From: Candidatus Methanomethylicia archaeon
GTDB taxonomy: Archaea; Thermoproteota; Methanomethylicia; Nezhaarchaeales; B40-G2
NCBI GenBank assembly: GCA_029259155.1
Contig: JAPDJI010000004.1
Span: forward strand, 1 to 64,000
Direction: 5' to 3'
DNA: 64,000 nt
Part shown: positions 60,424 to 64,000 of the stretch, piece by piece
Layout of the letters: each line of letters begins with the position of its first letter
Position numbering within the stretch: the stretch's first letter is position 1
Notes under the pieces: generated by a model
Database searches by the model: none
What the model saw: the letters and a program-made list of their open reading frames with translations, nothing else
What the model was told of the DNA's origin: nothing
Program-made: the position numbers and the translations under genes

Positions 60424-61416
60424 ATGGACACTTGCAATGAATGTGGAGGTCTCTTGATATGTAACGACCGGAAGGAATGGGTTTGTAGTAGTTGCGGCCT
60501 CGTTTACACCTATGAAGACTACACGCCACCCATATTTGTTCTTCAAAATGAGGATAGGGGAGGGGTTGAATCAAGGCAGTACGTCTCACCTCTACGCCGT
60601 TTAGGGCTTCAAGCACTTGGAAGCTATGTAGGATATGAAAACTCCTTAGGCTTACTGGATCCTTTAGGTCATCCTTTAAATCCAAGGCTGAGAGAGGCTT
60701 TCATTAAACTTAAAAGGCTCCATGATTTTCAGCCAAGATCCGGTAGGAGCGGATCCATCGTTCAGGGCGAGAGGGCTCTCTTAAGGGCCTGTTCTCAGCT
60801 CAACGTTACAAACGCTGTAGTAAGAAGAGCCCTTCTCCTTTATAGGAAAGCCGTTAAAACTCAGGCTTGTTCTGGGCTCAGCCGCCCTTCACTGGCCGCT
60901 GCTTGTCTTTTCTTAGCCACGGGTACGTGGAAAGATAGTCGACCAGCTGGCGCTAAAAAGCTCCTTACCACCTTTAATGCTTTAAGGTATAGAGTGACCT
61001 TCAACAGTTTGTCAAAGGCTGTAGTGGCTGTGAGGAAAGCTTTAGGCATAAAAGTAGCTCCTCGAAGGCACCTAGACTATGTACCGTACATAGTAGAAGA
61101 ATTACTATCTCGTGAAGAGATCCTAGGGAGGTTCGAAGAGGAGCGCGTTAAGCTCGGGGAATACAAGGTCAAGTTGATCCACTTATCACAACGGCTACTT
61201 CAGAAGCTTGATAGAAAACTTCTTGGAGGTAGAGCTCCACATATACTTGCAGCAGCTGCAATATATGCGGCTTCTAGGCTGCTATCTCGTCAACTTAACT
61301 TAAAGAACTTCATTACTCAACGTGTTCTAAGTGAAGTGATAGGGGTTGCGGAGTTTTCCATTAGGGACCATTACTCTAAACTCTTCAAACAGCTTTCCGG
61401 AAGGGGGTATGGTTGA
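60424..61416 (+). CDS. Divergent TFB/TFIIB-family paralog
   Basis: Zn ribbon CNECG...VCSSCGLV, two cyclin repeats (LAAACL, LAAAAIY), HTH ITQRVLSEVIGVAEFSIRDHY. Confidence 0.85.
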   Translation: MDTCNECGGLLICNDRKEWVCSSCGLVYTYEDYTPPIFVLQNEDRGGVESRQYVSPLRRLGLQALGSYVGYENSLGLLDPLGHPLNPRLREAFIKLKRLHDFQPRSGRSGSIVQGERALLRACSQLNVTNAVVRRALLLYRKAVKTQACSGLSRPSLAAACLFLATGTWKDSRPAGAKKLLTTFNALRYRVTFNSLSKAVVAVRKALGIKVAPRRHLDYVPYIVEELLSREEILGRFEEERVKLGEYKVKLIHLSQRLLQKLDRKLLGGRAPHILAAAAIYAASRLLSRQLNLKNFITQRVLSEVIGVAEFSIRDHYSKLFKQLSGRGYG

Positions 61417-61820
61417 AGTATTCTGCGAAGGAAGTAGCTGAAGCTATGGCCTCTGAAGGCCTTGAACCCGCCCTCATAAAAAGGGTCTTAATTAACTTAG
61501 GTTTCTCTAATGACGAAGCTGTCAGGGCGGTGGCTAGAGCATGCATAATTATGGGTAGAAAAATTGAACAAGACCGTTCGCAGGATTTTCCTCAATTAGC
61601 TGAACTGGTCAAGAAATATGATACTACGTTGTCCTCTTTAACTAGGGACGTAGAGGAGATTAAGGCGTCATTGACCCTACCGACGGTAAAAGACGTTGAA
61701 ACTATTGAGCGTAGAGTATCGGTGCTCGAGAGTAAGGTCAACGCTTTGATCGATTTGCTCTCTGATTACGCCCCTATGATCATCGAAAAAGTCAGGGCTC
61801 GGGGGCAGTATGATACGTGA
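61413..61820 (+). CDS. Hypothetical coiled-coil protein
   Basis: Heptad pattern IERRVSVLESKVNAL; 4-nt overlaps with both neighbours. Confidence 0.75.
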   Translation: MKYSAKEVAEAMASEGLEPALIKRVLINLGFSNDEAVRAVARACIIMGRKIEQDRSQDFPQLAELVKKYDTTLSSLTRDVEEIKASLTLPTVKDVETIERRVSVLESKVNALIDLLSDYAPMIIEKVRARGQYDT

Positions 61821-63970
61821 AGTGTAACGGGAGATGTACCGCGTTATTCAAGAGACATGGACATAAACTGGTCATTAAGTGTCCATTAAACTGCTTAGGC
61901 GCTGATCTAGCTGATAATCCACTTTGTCGAGCCAAGACCATTTATTGGCTCAGTAGGGCGAAGGTAAATGAACTTGTAATTAAGACGTCTTTCCTCACTA
62001 AGCTCTATGAGGGAAGAACTGTTAAGCTCCTATCTGACTATGCTCGACGGCTCGTTAAGGCAAGAGCTGAAGTATTAGATACGAAGCTCTTAACAAGTTG
62101 TCAAGGCGCTCTCGCCTGTTTTGAAGCTAAGAAAGGTTTTCTCGTGGATCTGTTCTCTCTCCATCCATCTCCAGGCCTTCTCTATACTGATCCCTTAACC
62201 GCCTTGCTAAGGGTTGATGAAGAGCTCAAAAAATTATCGATGTCTCCAGCTCAAGGAAAAGGATGTAAAGAATGTGTCGATGAATATACTGCAGCTCTCA
62301 AAAAATTAAGAGGTAGACTTAGATCCTCGGACTTGATCAAGGAAGGACTTAAGTTAGTTCCCCGTTCTCCTTCCACTACTTTGGTTTATACCGCTTTATT
62401 GAAGCCTTCTAGGACTTTAATTTCTCCCTACTCTCGAGAGAAGGCCCCTTCTTCTATGGCTGTGCGTGGAATTCTCCTTGATGAATACTTGGTACCGCCC
62501 TTTAAAATAAAGATCTTTCACCTGAATACACTTGAATCTCTTTATGTGGTTTCATTAACTCTTAATCCTTGGGAACGCTTAGTGGTCAACGAAGTAGTTA
62601 AGAGACTTAACATGTCTTCTACCTATATTCACGGCCTTGGAAAAAATAGGCTCTCTTTTTTAATTGATGTTAGGAGGCGCGATGTGGAGAACGTGCTAGA
62701 GGCACTTTGGTTTGAAGGTTTCGAGCAGACCAAGAATTCCAGAGCCGTGACTGAAGCTTCGGTGTTTAAGTCTCTTGGTCTTCTCAAACTCGCTCCCTTT
62801 CTTCTCGATGAAATGGTTGAAGAGTTCTTCTTGGACAAGCCTTCCTCCCATATTTACCTGATACATTCAAAGTGGGGCAGGTGTAGGTCCAACGTAATAC
62901 TTAACGAACGTGATGTAAACAGGATAATTACGCACCTCAAGATCGATAGTGGCCTTCCACTAGATTATGAGAATCCTTCATTAAAATGCGAACTCATAAC
63001 TGAGGCTTTCCATGTGAGAGCTTCAGTTGACATTCCTCCCCTCGCTGTTGATGGGCCTACGCTGGACTTTAGGAAATTGAGAAAGAAGGTTTGGACCCTA
63101 CCTGACCTCGTAAATAATGGAACTTTAACTCCTGAAGCTGCTGCTTACCTACTTTTCTGTCTTTTTAGGCGTAGAAACATCACGGTTGTCGGGGAACCAA
63201 ACACTGGTAAGACGACTCTCATTAACGCCCTAGACCTCTGTTCCCCTCCTCACTGGAGGAAAATCTACGTCGAAGACGTAACTGAAAGTATTCCGCAGTT
63301 AAAATTAGGTAAGCACCAGGTAAGGCTTAAGGTATCTCCTTTCGAAAGTCGGAGGCAGACTTTCCTTAAGAGCCTTGAAGTACTACGTCTTCTCCACAGA
63401 TCGCCTGACTTCGTGATACTCTCTGAAATCCAAACTCCTGAACACTCTAAAGCCCTATTCCAAGCTTTAACTTCTGGCTTACGTGGTCTTCAGACGTGTC
63501 ACGCCTCAACGCTTGAAGGGCTTTTAAGAAGATGGATTCTCCACCATGGTATTTCCCCCATCAACCTCTTGGACCTTGACCTCCTCGTTCAGATGAAAAC
63601 TGTCCTCATCGATGGGAGAGAGGTTAGAAGGATGGTGAGGCTTAGTGAAGTAAAGGTTTCTGAAGAAGTTTCAGAGGTTTCTGAGGCACTGGCCCCAGTT
63701 AAACTGGTAGATGTGTTTACCTGGATCCCTAACTTAGGTTTAGTCAGGCAGGTTGATCTGTATGAAACACCCACTTTATCCAAGATAAAGGAGCTAGAGT
63801 TTCTTTCGAGGAAAAGGTTCGAGGAGGAAATAAGAGCCTATCAGGAACTTCTACTGAGACTTTCTTCTAGCTCAATTGACCCAGCAACTTGTTCAACCAA
63901 GCTTAGCCAACTGTACTTCAGGTATGTAGCCGGACTCGAGGAGGCTTCAACCATTGTTGAAGACATTTAG
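61817..63970 (+). CDS. Type II/IV secretion (VirB11/CpaF/FlaI-like) ATPase with Cys-rich N-terminus
   Basis: GEPNTGKTT, Asp box VEDVTE, RSPDFVILSEIQ, His box TCHA. Confidence 0.88.
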   Translation: MKCNGRCTALFKRHGHKLVIKCPLNCLGADLADNPLCRAKTIYWLSRAKVNELVIKTSFLTKLYEGRTVKLLSDYARRLVKARAEVLDTKLLTSCQGALACFEAKKGFLVDLFSLHPSPGLLYTDPLTALLRVDEELKKLSMSPAQGKGCKECVDEYTAALKKLRGRLRSSDLIKEGLKLVPRSPSTTLVYTALLKPSRTLISPYSREKAPSSMAVRGILLDEYLVPPFKIKIFHLNTLESLYVVSLTLNPWERLVVNEVVKRLNMSSTYIHGLGKNRLSFLIDVRRRDVENVLEALWFEGFEQTKNSRAVTEASVFKSLGLLKLAPFLLDEMVEEFFLDKPSSHIYLIHSKWGRCRSNVILNERDVNRIITHLKIDSGLPLDYENPSLKCELITEAFHVRASVDIPPLAVDGPTLDFRKLRKKVWTLPDLVNNGTLTPEAAAYLLFCLFRRRNITVVGEPNTGKTTLINALDLCSPPHWRKIYVEDVTESIPQLKLGKHQVRLKVSPFESRRQTFLKSLEVLRLLHRSPDFVILSEIQTPEHSKALFQALTSGLRGLQTCHASTLEGLLRRWILHHGISPINLLDLDLLVQMKTVLIDGREVRRMVRLSEVKVSEEVSEVSEALAPVKLVDVFTWIPNLGLVRQVDLYETPTLSKIKELEFLSRKRFEEEIRAYQELLLRLSSSSIDPATCSTKLSQLYFRYVAGLEEASTIVEDI

Positions 63971-64000
63971 TAGTAAAGTTTATGCAAAGTTCACAAGCTC

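Overview
Archaeal core-genome window with about 75 densely packed CDSs, many GTG/TTG starts and overlapping stop/start codons. Rpo8/RpoG, eL38, SmAP3, a His-less structural tRNA-splicing endonuclease subunit and an apparently inactive second proteasome beta subunit point to the TACK/Thermoproteota group. The phosphoseryl-tRNA synthetase SepRS further suggests a methanogen-related lineage such as Nezhaarchaeales/Methanomethylicia (inference). Most genes serve information processing, RNA modification, proteostasis and lipid/cofactor synthesis, plus the membrane-arm genes (I, C, K) of an A-type ATP synthase. There are eight tRNA genes, five with introns; tRNA-Tyr has two. The strongest unusual signal is the 60-nt anticodon intron of tRNA-Tyr(GUA). 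It folds into a K-turn-capped hairpin whose flanking strands are antisense to its own tRNA on both sides of U35, which is the geometry of an H/ACA-like pseudouridylation guide. The TruD/aPus7 in the window has Ala-Asn instead of basic residues after its catalytic Asp. Other notable items: a tRNA-Ala with a C1:C72 mismatch, an unannotated 54-aa Cys4 microprotein, a TFB-paralog/coiled-coil/secretion-ATPase operon, small membrane genes interleaved antisense in the ATP synthase cluster, and a 57-bp perfect repeat between the two AAA modules of cdc48. No CRISPR array, rRNA, transposase or integrase was seen. All calls rest on motif recognition by eye; no database searches were run.
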